Part shown: positions 30,171-40,132 of the stretch, one piece after another
Numbering within the stretch: the first letter of the stretch is position 1
How the letters are laid out: each line of letters begins with the position of its first letter
DNA from: Bdellovibrionales bacterium
Lineage (GTDB): Bacteria; Bdellovibrionota; Bdellovibrionia; Bdellovibrionales; UBA1609
Reading direction: 5' to 3'
DNA: 64,000 bases
Assembly: GCA_965200875.1 (NCBI GenBank)
Contig: OZ241456.1
Span: 736,001 to 800,000, forward strand
Translations under genes and position numbers: made by a program
The notes under the pieces: model-generated
What the model saw: the letters and a program-made list of their open reading frames with translations, nothing else
What the model was told of the DNA's origin: nothing
Database searches by the model: none

Positions 30171-30427
30171 GAAGAGTAAACCGCCCACACAAAAGACAAA
30201 ATATAAAAAAACAGGATCTCATTCTGGATATTTTGGAGGAAGATAAGGCTTTATTTGTCAATATGAGGTTTGAAAATTTATCAGATTATCATTTTCCTGA
30301 TAAAGCTAAAATATTTTTGGAAGTTTATAATAAAACAGATATAGAGCATATCAGTTTGGGTGAAGTGTGTTCTTTTTCAGGAGCAGTAAAAAAACCAATT
30401 CCAGTTTTTCAGGATTGGAGGAATTAA
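30167..30427 (+). CDS. Small hypothetical protein coupled to the GHKL ATPase, possibly truncated
   Basis: ATGA overlap with the upstream stop; RBS GAGGT; ends next to repeat elements. Confidence 0.55.
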   Translation: MRRVNRPHKRQNIKKQDLILDILEEDKALFVNMRFENLSDYHFPDKAKIFLEVYNKTDIEHISLGEVCSFSGAVKKPIPVFQDWRN

Positions 30428-30439
30428 AAAAATCGGAAA

Positions 30440-30603
30440 AAAATAAAGATAAGAAGCCCAACTCAAGCATGATGAGTTTCAGTTATTTATAACAGACTAA
30501 AGCCTTATTTTTAACAAGCTGTTGCAGACAGAGAGTTACGACTTTAGCCGTGGGTAAATAAGCCAGACGAGTGATACTTGCAAGCTTTGTTAAAGTCAGT
30601 TAT
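30440..30603 (-). other. Structured intergenic element with an imperfect outer inverted repeat, an IS200/IS605-type hairpin and a tracrRNA-like motif
   Basis: Arms ATAACAGACT..TTAACAAGCTGTTGCA / TGCAAGCTTTGTTAAAGTCAGTTAT; inner ACGACTTTAGCCGTGGG; minus strand reads GTTAAAAATAAGGCTTTAGTCTGTTAT. Confidence 0.4.
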
Positions 30604-30631
30604 GGCTTTTATAAAAATGGGATATAGTATA

Positions 30632-30742
30632 TAGTAGCTCGTGAAAAAGTATGTTATTTTTTTAGATTCCCGCCTTCACGGGACTGAAAAGCCAAGTTGT
30701 TGGCTTTTCAGCTGTATGAAAAGGGTTTTTCACGGCGGACGA
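30632..30742. mobile_element. MITE-like element
   Basis: TAGTAGCTCGTGAAAAAGTATGTTATTTT...TTTTTCACGGCGGACGA ends; internal ATTCCCGCCTTCACGGGA and CTGAAAAGCCAA/TTGGCTTTTCAG hairpins. Confidence 0.75.
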
Positions 30743-30790
30743 CTTAGAGAGCTTTCAGTTTAGGAAAGGATATAAAACTCAGCTGATAAT

Positions 30791-31750
30791 ATGATAAAGA
30801 AACTGATTTTTATTTTGTTTTGGTTTTTTGTCGGATGTTCTTCTGATGAAGAAGAAAAATCTGAGACTTTGTATGGTTTTCCTCCATTGTCTCAAGGACA
30901 ACTTATTGATCTGAAAAATCAATCAGAAAAGATAGAAGGTTTTTTTGTAACAACGAGTTTAAGTGATTTGGACCTCTCTTGGTCGGAAAGAGGTTTTTAT
31001 ATTTATGTGTGTATTCGTTTTTTGAATGATCAGGCAGTCAATAACAAATTGAAAAAATCTGCTATTCCTTTATTGGTGCAAGTCAGTAATCATAAAGACA
31101 GACCGGAAGCAGAATCTCTTTTGCTTTTTCATCCTGAAACCATAAAGCCGGATAAAAATGGAGTTTTTTACTATGAAGAAAGACAATTTTTTAAGTTTAT
31201 GGATTCTCCTATTATTATCAGAAATAAAGAGTACAATATATTTGATGTGGTGTTTAATGAGAAAAGTAAAATTACTGAAATGTTTTTTGTTAAGAAAGGT
31301 GTTAGTGCAGAGGAGTTGAACCGAGCTATTTCTGCTGGTAATAAAAATGATGAAGGTGATGATGAAGAGGATAGCACTAAAGTGACTGATGACAATCAAG
31401 ATAATGATGAGAATAGTGGTGGCAATGGGAGCAAGAAGGATATAATTTTAGGAGTGACTGCTTTCGCAAAACAATTTTCCAATTCCTGTGAAGATTGGGC
31501 TATTTTGAATTACAATCATTCGAAGGAATTGCCAGATTATCTGAAGGTTTCTTCTGGCAGTGGAGATGATGGCAATGCAGGCAACAAAAATGAAACAGGA
31601 ACAGGAGAAGATGGGAATGTTACAGATAATGCCGATGGAGCAGAACCTGCAAAGGCGGGTTCTCAAACTAATAACCCTGACACCTCTGGTATTCCGTCTC
31701 AAGAGCCTATTCCAGAGGATGCGCCTCATAGACCGTTGCCACAAAACTAA
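30791..31750 (+). CDS. Hypothetical lipoprotein with acidic low-complexity segments
   Basis: FFVGC lipobox; D/E/G/N-rich tracts. Confidence 0.65.
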   Translation: MIKKLIFILFWFFVGCSSDEEEKSETLYGFPPLSQGQLIDLKNQSEKIEGFFVTTSLSDLDLSWSERGFYIYVCIRFLNDQAVNNKLKKSAIPLLVQVSNHKDRPEAESLLLFHPETIKPDKNGVFYYEERQFFKFMDSPIIIRNKEYNIFDVVFNEKSKITEMFFVKKGVSAEELNRAISAGNKNDEGDDEEDSTKVTDDNQDNDENSGGNGSKKDIILGVTAFAKQFSNSCEDWAILNYNHSKELPDYLKVSSGSGDDGNAGNKNETGTGEDGNVTDNADGAEPAKAGSQTNNPDTSGIPSQEPIPEDAPHRPLPQN

Positions 31751-31811
31751 TTGCTAATTCGTGTTTTGCGAATCTTTTTATGATATTAAGCTTACAAAAA
31801 GGAAATGTTTA

Positions 31812-33404
31812 ATGAGGTTTTATTTTTTAAAAGTTATTTTGATTTTCTGTGTGTTTACTCTCAGCTCTTGTATAAAAAAAAAGCAAAGAGATCGAGATCT
31901 GTTTCCCCTAAAAGATACTTTTCGGTTTAATATTTCTACAGAACCTCCCACTTTGGATTGGAGCAAAGCCACTGACACAACATCCAGCCTTATTGTGGAT
32001 AATATTATGGATGGATTACTGGACTATGATTTTTCTGGTTCGACAGTGGGTTTGAAACCTGCTTTGGCATTAGAGTGGAAATCTACATCAGACGGAAAAA
32101 AATGGATCTTCACTCTTAGAAAAGGCGTGAAGTGGAGTGATGGAAAAGAGTTTAAAGCCGTTCATGTGCGCGATGGATGGGAGAGACTTTTAAACCCTAA
32201 AACTGCGTCTGAATATGCTTATTTTTTGTACTCTATTAAAAACGCTAGGGCCTATAATGAAGGGAAAGTAAAAGATTTTTCTAAAGTAGGGGTGTTTGTC
32301 AATGAGGAGGATCAACTAGTGGTGGAGTTGGAAGAGGGAAAAAGTTACTTCCCTTATTTTGTTTCTCACACCAGTTCCTATCCCATAAGAAAGGATATTA
32401 TTGAAAAACACGGAGATCGTTGGACAGAACCAGAAAATATTGTGACCCTTGGAACTTACAGGCTGAAAAAATGGGAGCATGATAGAAAAATTATTTTGGA
32501 GAAAAACAAGGACTACTATAATCAATCTGCTGAAATAAAAAATATTCTTATCTACATTATTCCTGAAAGCAGTACAGCTTTAAATTTGTTTGCAAAAGGC
32601 CGGTTGGATGCCATTAGCGGTCTCCCTTCCAGAGAGTTGCCGGCTCTCAGGAAAAAGAAAGAATACCGCTCTCACCCTATGTTGGCCACTTATTATTATG
32701 GTATTAATGTAAAACAAAAGCCTTTTGATGATGTAAGAGTAAGGAAAGCTTTTAGTATGGCTATTGACAGACGAAAAATCACGGATTTGCTGAAAGGGGA
32801 TCATGTTCCTTTAAGAGGCTGGATTCCCGAAGGATTGCTGGGTTATGAAGATTCCATAGGCACTGGTTTTGATCCGGAAACAGCACGTTCTCTCATGGAC
32901 AAAGCTGGGTATAAAGACCGATCCACTTTTCCCAGAGTGACTATTTCTTACAATACGCATGAAGATCATAAAAGAGTGGCGGAAAAAGTGCAGGCTCAGC
33001 TGAAAAAGCATTTAAATATTTCTGTGGAGCTAGCCAATGAGGAATGGAAAACTTATTTGCAAAGTTTAAAAACCGGGAAACAACAAATCTACAGAATGGG
33101 TTGGGTGGCAGACTACCCCGATCCAGATAATTTTATGACTCTGATGACTTCTTATTCAGAAAATAATCATACAGGTTGGGGGAATGCTCGTTATGATTCT
33201 TTGGTGGAGAAAGCAGGTGTATTATTGGATAAAGAAAAAAGGTTTCAGCTTTATAAGTCCGCACAAAAAATTCTTGTGGAAGAGGAGGTTGCTGTTATAC
33301 CTATTTACTCCTCTCAATCTCATTGGCTGATTTCAGATCGTGTAAAAAGATTCCCCTTAAACATAATGGGCAAGATTGCCTTTAAAGAAGTGAGGCTGAA
33401 GTAA
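31812..33404 (+). CDS. oppA: Peptide ABC transporter substrate-binding lipoprotein
   Basis: LSSC lipobox; EPPTLD, FTLRKGVKWSDG, PFDDVRVRKA, GWVADYPDP. Confidence 0.92.
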   Translation: MRFYFLKVILIFCVFTLSSCIKKKQRDRDLFPLKDTFRFNISTEPPTLDWSKATDTTSSLIVDNIMDGLLDYDFSGSTVGLKPALALEWKSTSDGKKWIFTLRKGVKWSDGKEFKAVHVRDGWERLLNPKTASEYAYFLYSIKNARAYNEGKVKDFSKVGVFVNEEDQLVVELEEGKSYFPYFVSHTSSYPIRKDIIEKHGDRWTEPENIVTLGTYRLKKWEHDRKIILEKNKDYYNQSAEIKNILIYIIPESSTALNLFAKGRLDAISGLPSRELPALRKKKEYRSHPMLATYYYGINVKQKPFDDVRVRKAFSMAIDRRKITDLLKGDHVPLRGWIPEGLLGYEDSIGTGFDPETARSLMDKAGYKDRSTFPRVTISYNTHEDHKRVAEKVQAQLKKHLNISVELANEEWKTYLQSLKTGKQQIYRMGWVADYPDPDNFMTLMTSYSENNHTGWGNARYDSLVEKAGVLLDKEKRFQLYKSAQKILVEEEVAVIPIYSSQSHWLISDRVKRFPLNIMGKIAFKEVRLK

Positions 33405-33429
33405 GTTTGCTATCAGGATTGGTGTTGTT

Positions 33430-34530
33430 TTGAATATGTTATCGTTGTATAAGTTTTTTTCATTCAGAATATTAATGTTTTTCTGTGTTTTCCTAGCCTT
33501 GTTTTTGACTGTGGTTCTCAGTTTTTTAAATTATGAGATTCCTGCTTGGTTTTGGCTTTTAGATATCGGTGGTCTTTTTGTTATTTTTTCTTATTATACA
33601 GTAAAAAAAAGAATGCAGTTTTATGTTTTGAAAAGAATATCAGGTGCGTTGTTCACTTTGTTTATTATAGCTACTGTCACTTTTGTTTTATTAAGAACTC
33701 TTCCTGGTGGCCCTTTTGATCAGGAAAAGGCTTTACCACCTGAAATTAAAGCCAATATTGAAGCTAAGTATCATATAGATCTCCCCTTGATTTATCAGTA
33801 TGGTTATTATTTAAGTGGTTTGGCAAAAGGTGACTTTGGAGAATCCTATAAATATATTGGCAGAAATATTTCCACTATTATTGGGGAAACTTTACCGGTT
33901 TCCATTCAGCTGGGAATATATGCCTTGATTTTAGCTTATCTGATAGGTGTTCCTTTTGGTGTGTTGTCTGCTTCCCGCCAGAATACCATGACGGATCGAT
34001 TGTTAATGGTAGGTGCTGTCAGTGGAGTGTCTCTTCCTAGTTTTTTAGTGGCACCTTTGTTGATTTTGTTTTTTTGTTTTTATATGGATTGGTTTGAAAT
34101 CGCCTTGTGGGAAGGGCCTTCTTATTATGTTTTGCCAATTTTGGTTTTAGGTGTTCGGCCTGTCGCTTTTATTGCCCGGTTGACCCGTGCCAGTGTTTTG
34201 GAGGCGATTCAGTCTGATTATGTGAGAACTGCTAAAGCAAAGGGTTTGCGGAGCTGGAATATTCTGTATAAGCATGTGTTAAAAAATTCTTTTTTACCTG
34301 TATTGACTTTTTCCGGACCGCTTATAGCAGGTATTCTTACAGGCTCTTTTATTGTAGAGCATATTTTTGCCATTCCGGGAATGGCCAAGCATCTTGTAAA
34401 CAGTGTAACCAACAGGGATTACCCTTTGATTTTGGGAGTGACTTTAGTTTATTCCACTGTGCTGATTTTTTCCAATTTAGTGGTGGATCTGCTTTATAGT
34501 CACTTTGATCCCAGGATTCGACTGTCCTGA
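33430..34530 (+). CDS. oppB: Peptide ABC transporter permease
   Basis: LPGGPF, GDFGESY, EAA loop DYVRTAKAKGL, NRDYPLI, DPRI; start uncertain (possibly ATG 33613). Confidence 0.92.
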   Translation: MNMLSLYKFFSFRILMFFCVFLALFLTVVLSFLNYEIPAWFWLLDIGGLFVIFSYYTVKKRMQFYVLKRISGALFTLFIIATVTFVLLRTLPGGPFDQEKALPPEIKANIEAKYHIDLPLIYQYGYYLSGLAKGDFGESYKYIGRNISTIIGETLPVSIQLGIYALILAYLIGVPFGVLSASRQNTMTDRLLMVGAVSGVSLPSFLVAPLLILFFCFYMDWFEIALWEGPSYYVLPILVLGVRPVAFIARLTRASVLEAIQSDYVRTAKAKGLRSWNILYKHVLKNSFLPVLTFSGPLIAGILTGSFIVEHIFAIPGMAKHLVNSVTNRDYPLILGVTLVYSTVLIFSNLVVDLLYSHFDPRIRLS

Positions 34531-34605
34531 ATATTATAAGGTAGTTGAGTATGATAAAGTTGTTAAAGTTAGTTGATAAAGTTGTTAAAATAACAAGGTA
34601 TTGAT

Positions 34606-35508
34606 ATGCGGAAATATATTCCCACAAAAAAAACATCCAGCAGTCTTTGGCAGGAATCCTGGATCCGGTTTAAAAAAAATAGACTGGGAATGTTTTGTGC
34701 TATTTTTATTATATTTGTTTGTCTGGTGAGTTTGTTTCCTGAAACTCTTTCTCCGTACTCCTTTGAGGAACAATTTGAAGGAAAAGAGTTACTCCCTCCA
34801 GGAGGAGAGTATCTTTTGGGTACTGATAATATGGGACGAGATCTATTTTCTCGATTGATATATGGAGGGCGTGTGTCTATGGCTGTGGGTGTTTTAACGG
34901 CCTTTTTTTCGTTGATTTTAGGAGTATTATATGGAGCTGTTTCAGGATGGATAGGAGGAAAAACAGATGCTTTTATGATGAGGGGAATTGATGTTTTATA
35001 TTCCATTCCCTCTCTTGTATTGTTGATTTTGGTAAAAGTGATTTTTGATTCTTTGTCTTTAGTCACACATCCTGAATTAAAAGCCCTTTTGGGTATCCTA
35101 GTGGCTTTGAGCCTTGTGGGTTGGGTGACTTTGGCTCGTGTCGTAAGAGGACAAGTATTGCAGGAAAAAGAAAAACTTTATGTGGAATCCGCCCGGTCCC
35201 TTGGAGAAAGAGGCTGGAAGATTGTTTTTCGTCATGTCTTGCCCAATATTTTAGGGCCTGTTATTGTTTTACTGACTTTGCAAATCCCCTCTAATATTTT
35301 ATTTGAAAGTTTTTTAAGTTTTCTGGGGCTTGGGCTTCAGCCTCCTTATAGTTCCTGGGGTGTGTTGGCAGAGGAGGGATGGAAGTCTCTTCGCTCCTAT
35401 CCTCATCTGATGATTGCACCCGGTGTGGCTATTTTTCTGACTATGATGGCTTTTAATCTTATGGGAGATGGCTTGCGGGATGCTTTTGATCCACAAAGTT
35501 GTAGATAA
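34606..35508 (+). CDS. oppC: Peptide ABC transporter permease
   Basis: LGTDNMGRD, YVESARSLG, HVLPN, LSFLGLG, GDGLRDAFDP. Confidence 0.93.
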   Translation: MRKYIPTKKTSSSLWQESWIRFKKNRLGMFCAIFIIFVCLVSLFPETLSPYSFEEQFEGKELLPPGGEYLLGTDNMGRDLFSRLIYGGRVSMAVGVLTAFFSLILGVLYGAVSGWIGGKTDAFMMRGIDVLYSIPSLVLLILVKVIFDSLSLVTHPELKALLGILVALSLVGWVTLARVVRGQVLQEKEKLYVESARSLGERGWKIVFRHVLPNILGPVIVLLTLQIPSNILFESFLSFLGLGLQPPYSSWGVLAEEGWKSLRSYPHLMIAPGVAIFLTMMAFNLMGDGLRDAFDPQSCR

Positions 35509-35547
35509 TGTTCCAATATTCTCATGTTGTGCAGAAGTCGGAAAAAC

Positions 35548-38346
35548 CTATTCTGATACCTTTTCCTGAAATAGTTGCACTACTTCTGTCTTTTCCAATT
35601 CCAAGGCCCACATCAAAGCTGTCTCTCCATGACGAGTTTGAACATTTGGATCTGCTCCTTTTTCCAGTAATAGACGTATCATTTTTATACCTTTGCGAAC
35701 TCGATAAGATAATAAGGCTTCCTGTAAAGCTGTAAATCCCTTCTTATTTTGGGCATTTGGATCTACTCCATTTTCCAATAATAACTGTACTACTTCTATA
35801 TTTCCAACTCGTATAGCCCATATCAAAGCTGTTTCTCCACGCCGAGTTTGAGCGTTCAGATCTGCTCCCTTTTTCAGCAACAACCGAACTATATCAGCAT
35901 ATCCAGCTTCTGAAGCCCACATCAAAGCTGTCTCCCCGTAATTATTACGGGCGTTCAGATCTGCTCCTTTTTCCAGCAACAACCGAACTATATCAGTATG
36001 TTCATGTCGTACAGCCTCCATCAAAGCTGTATGCCAAGTATTACTACGAACATTCAGATTCGCCCCTTTATTCAATAACAGCTGCACTACTTCTATATTT
36101 CCAGATTGTATAGCTCCTATCAAAGCTGTATTCCCGTATTCATCACGGGCGTTCGGATTTGCTCCTCTTTCCAAGAGCAACAACATTATGTCCCTGTATT
36201 TTTCTCTATTGAATTTATGTTGCTTTAAAGTTGTCTCAGCATACAATCTATTTTCTGGCTTATGGAGTGCTATTAAATCCTGAATAGCCCTTATGAGCAT
36301 ATAGCCCTTATCCAAAATCCTGCCCCAAAGAGAGTGATCCAAAATCTGAGAAAGTTCATAAGCACTGTCAACAAATTCAGAATCACTGAACTTTCTTATA
36401 AACTCTCTTCTGTAGTCTGTGGTGTTCTTCCAATTACTCATCTCTCCTAATAAAGCTTGCCTTTCGCTTTCTGAAAAAAATAAACCTTCCTCATTCGAAA
36501 TAACCCTTTTAAAAAAAGAAAAATCCCATCTTTTCAAAACAGTCTGACCCTTCTCCTCTGCTTGTAACCTCGGCTCTAGCTCTATCAAAGTGTAAAAAGC
36601 CCGCTTTCTCACTTGAAAAGAAAAGTGCTTACTCCTCATTACAAAATATAAATGTTCCCTGGAAAATGAAGTGGAAAAGCTAAACACTTCCCTTAAAATT
36701 AAAAAATTACTTAAAAACTCCAATTGCTCCATATCTTTTTCAGAGTCCTTAAAAGACAATATCCGCTGATATAAAGAACGAACATTTAAACCCGAACTGG
36801 CCTGCTTATGCGTGGGAACATCACCAGGTCTTATCTTCACTAATTCCAACCCTACCCCTTCAAACTCCAAAAGCTCCAAATTACTGTATGCTCTGGAATA
36901 CCTAACAGGGCCAAAAGACAAACCATGATCATGAGATTTAAAATCTGTAAGATTTCTTTGCAACTCAGGAAGAACACTCGATTCCACATAATTGTTTATC
37001 AAAAAATTATTGGACAAACCAGTGTCACCACCCAGTACCTTCGGCAGAGCCAACACATAACCTTGTTCCAACATACTTAATCGTATCCCCTCCAATAAAG
37101 CTTTAAGTTTCTGAGTATCCATATTCTGAATCTTATCCACAAAAGCTGTTTTGATTCTTTGACCTTCAGGGTTTAAAGCCTCCCCTAAGACCACAGTAAT
37201 ATGGCCTGAAGACCTATTTCGACTATCTGTCAAAGTAAAGTAAAGAAAATTAGGATCCAAAGCTCTTTCAAAATATGTATTAGTGGCACAGTCTCCTCCC
37301 ATACAGGACCTGAAAGGCGATTCCTGAAGAGAAAGCCTCCTAAGCCTTAAAACTTCTGTCCCCTCGATAGTATGATTATGAGTTTGAACATCCTCCGTGA
37401 TTTTCGATAACATTTCTGTATCATTTGGGATTTTGGCCTTTAAGCTTTCTACAAGCCCCGAAAAATGACCCATAAAACCCAGCTCAAAAGCAATATTGTC
37501 TCTTTCAATTAAAATATTTCGTAAAGCATTCAGGTTTTCTTGTGGATTGGCATCCTTAAGTGCTTCCATCCACGCTTTGTTGCCAAAACCAGATGTATAA
37601 ATTAAATCCACCATCGCTTGAGAAATTCTTTGTATGATTTTTTCATAAGACCCCTCTGGTGAAGTTTCATTGGCTTTTTGTTCTGCATTCAAAAAATCAG
37701 ACCGGACCTCCGCTAGAGCCTTGTACAAAGCAATAACTCGCTCTCTGTAAGGTTGTTGGGGGTTTTTTATAAAATCCCTCAGCTCTTTATTTAAGGATGT
37801 GGTATCGAGCCAAGCTATAAAATCTTGCCTTTCCTGCTTTCTTTTTTCCCTTAGAGCTTTCTTTTCCGCTTTATGGTTTTGCTCCTGCCCTCTAAACATT
37901 TTGATCCAAAAACCCAAGTTTGCCTCTATATGAAATAAATTGTTCTGTATCCGATTGCTTTTGCTCTTGAAAGATGTAATAAAATTTACAAGGCTTTGGG
38001 GTCTTTCTTTTCTTACTGTGGCAAACTCAAAAATATAGTCTCTTAAAGGAATTTTGGAAAGAGACGGATAGTGTTTCAAAACATCAAATACAGATTGCAA
38101 ATCTACATTTCTGCCATTTCCAGCATAAGGAGTCCAGTTTTTAAGATAAAACTTAAAGAGTTGATCCTGCCCTTCCTTGAGAACCAGCCCCCTAGTCATG
38201 GCCTCTGCAAAGGAGCTTGGATTGGAAAACATCTCTCCAGAATCAGAAAACGCCTCCTCACAAGACATTGCGTAAGACATTGATTGAAAAAAAGCTAGCA
38301 GAAAAACCAGTAGAAAATGATAACTTTCAAAATTTTTAAACCGCAT
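35548..38346 (-). CDS. Large secreted protein: unknown N-terminal domain + C-terminal ankyrin repeats
   Basis: Signal peptide; about 6 canonical G.TAL..A...G..E.V.LLL.KGAD.N repeats with 99-bp DNA periodicity. Confidence 0.85.
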   Translation of the reverse strand: MRFKNFESYHFLLVFLLAFFQSMSYAMSCEEAFSDSGEMFSNPSSFAEAMTRGLVLKEGQDQLFKFYLKNWTPYAGNGRNVDLQSVFDVLKHYPSLSKIPLRDYIFEFATVRKERPQSLVNFITSFKSKSNRIQNNLFHIEANLGFWIKMFRGQEQNHKAEKKALREKRKQERQDFIAWLDTTSLNKELRDFIKNPQQPYRERVIALYKALAEVRSDFLNAEQKANETSPEGSYEKIIQRISQAMVDLIYTSGFGNKAWMEALKDANPQENLNALRNILIERDNIAFELGFMGHFSGLVESLKAKIPNDTEMLSKITEDVQTHNHTIEGTEVLRLRRLSLQESPFRSCMGGDCATNTYFERALDPNFLYFTLTDSRNRSSGHITVVLGEALNPEGQRIKTAFVDKIQNMDTQKLKALLEGIRLSMLEQGYVLALPKVLGGDTGLSNNFLINNYVESSVLPELQRNLTDFKSHDHGLSFGPVRYSRAYSNLELLEFEGVGLELVKIRPGDVPTHKQASSGLNVRSLYQRILSFKDSEKDMEQLEFLSNFLILREVFSFSTSFSREHLYFVMRSKHFSFQVRKRAFYTLIELEPRLQAEEKGQTVLKRWDFSFFKRVISNEEGLFFSESERQALLGEMSNWKNTTDYRREFIRKFSDSEFVDSAYELSQILDHSLWGRILDKGYMLIRAIQDLIALHKPENRLYAETTLKQHKFNREKYRDIMLLLLERGANPNARDEYGNTALIGAIQSGNIEVVQLLLNKGANLNVRSNTWHTALMEAVRHEHTDIVRLLLEKGADLNARNNYGETALMWASEAGYADIVRLLLKKGADLNAQTRRGETALIWAIRVGNIEVVQLLLENGVDPNAQNKKGFTALQEALLSYRVRKGIKMIRLLLEKGADPNVQTRHGETALMWALELEKTEVVQLFQEKVSE

Positions 38347-38799
38347 AATGTATTATATATGTAGTTATGATTCCAAACAAACAGAGACCTTTAAAAACGA
38401 TATTTTCATTAAAAAACCAACCCTCTTAATGTAAAATTTACAGACATTGCTTGGAGATTTTAAAAGGAGACAGAAGAGTCTCACAGCTGGGAATATGTTT
38501 TTCATCGTGGAGATAAACGGGATTTTTCACGGGTCATCATGTAGTTTATTTAAATTTTCTCTTATTTTTTCCGAAAAGAAAAAAATAATGGATAAACTGG
38601 TTTTGAAAAATTGTATTTTCTGGCCTTTTTTCCGGGATTCCTGTTGATAGAAGACTTATATAGGAAGGTGAAAAACAGAGACCTTTCTGTTGCCCGGTGG
38701 GGATTCTCATTCAAGCGGGCATGCTGGGTACATGCTTTGCTTTTTCTTGGGAATAATCGGAACACTCAGTGTAAACCAGTTAAAGAAAGTTATGCTGTT

Positions 38800-39624
38800 A
38801 TGAAACATATTGTTCTTCTCATAGTTTTATTTTTATGTGTCGGCTGTGGATTGTCAAATTTTCATGGTGGCGGGCAAAACCGCTGTAATTTTCGTGTGGA
38901 TCGGGGTTTTATTGTAAGATGGGGAGAATTGCCTGTGCCTATTTATATCCATGAGACTGTGCCTACTGTTACCAGAAAAAATTTTACATACGCTGTGGAT
39001 ATGTGGAATGAATCATGGAATTACTATACCAGAAAAGGACATCTTTTTGAGTTAATTGGGGAAGTGTCGTTGGATTCTATCCCTGATAAAGATGATTCAG
39101 GAGATGGTATCAATATTGTATTTTTGGATAAAAAGCATAATATTTTACTGACTAAACAACAAGGAAGCACTCATATTCGCAATTATTTCGGCGGTTCTAT
39201 TATTGAAGGGGATATTATAGTGAATAATGTGGATTATGAATATTTTTATGAAGAGGAATCTTTTGATTACTCTGTTTATACGAAAGTTCCTAAGCTTTCC
39301 AGCAGTCGATCTTTGGCCAGCACCTCTCCACAATCGTTTTGGAAGCAGTTTTTATATGCCTTTCAGTCTTTCTTGGATTTTGTTTCCTTTTGGAAGAAGA
39401 AAAAAACGCGAGCACCTACAGCTGTTACCCCTAAAATTTCTAAAAGCCAAGTGGATTTTATTAGCCTTTCTTTGCATGAATTAGGCCATTTAGGGGCTTT
39501 GGTGCATATAGAAAATAAAGACGGTATTATGAACTCGGGGCTTCGAAAAGGACAAATTCGCAGAGATATTCGGGATATAGAGCTTGCCAGCTTGGCTTGT
39601 GGTTACGAAATTACAAAAAAGTAA
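38800..39624 (+). CDS. Matrixin/metzincin-type zinc metalloprotease lipoprotein
   Basis: CVGC lipobox at ATG 38800; HELGHLGALVH zinc motif; Met-turn GIMNS. Confidence 0.8.
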   Translation: MKHIVLLIVLFLCVGCGLSNFHGGGQNRCNFRVDRGFIVRWGELPVPIYIHETVPTVTRKNFTYAVDMWNESWNYYTRKGHLFELIGEVSLDSIPDKDDSGDGINIVFLDKKHNILLTKQQGSTHIRNYFGGSIIEGDIIVNNVDYEYFYEEESFDYSVYTKVPKLSSSRSLASTSPQSFWKQFLYAFQSFLDFVSFWKKKKTRAPTAVTPKISKSQVDFISLSLHELGHLGALVHIENKDGIMNSGLRKGQIRRDIRDIELASLACGYEITKK

Positions 39625-39735
39625 ATGTAAGTATATTTAAGTTTTGCTGGACTAGTGTCGAATATTATTTTACAAAGTAAAATTCTGAAAAACCTGTTAT
39701 TCAAAAAGCATATAAAATAAAGGAATGAAATAATT

Positions 39736-39963
39736 ATGAATAAAAAACTTATTTTTTCTGTATCCACGGCTGAACAACAGGAAGATTTTTCTCACCATGA
39801 AGAAATATCAGAAAAAAAATTCCGTTCTGAAAAAGAAAGTTTACATGATTTTCTGAGCAGTATGTCTCAGCTTAAAAAAGAAGTGGAGCACTTAAGTTTT
39901 ATGATGTCTGAGATTCGTCAGGTATTGGAAACTTCCTCTTCTGTTAACCGCCAGCTGGCTTGA
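39736..39963 (+). CDS. Small hypothetical coiled-coil protein
   Basis: RBS AAGGA; amphipathic helix pattern. Confidence 0.55.
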   Translation: MNKKLIFSVSTAEQQEDFSHHEEISEKKFRSEKESLHDFLSSMSQLKKEVEHLSFMMSEIRQVLETSSSVNRQLA

Positions 39964-40132
39964 GTCGCGGTTTCTTCGTAAAACCCTTTGTTTTTTTGCA
40001 AAAAGTGTCTGTAAAAGAAGCTCTTTTAAAAATTTATCAACGCAGTCTTTGAAATTTATTTGGCCTTTTTTAAGACTGTGGGGACTGAGAGTAAATTGGT
40101 ATTTTGCATTCTCGTGTCTTTATTTGACATAC

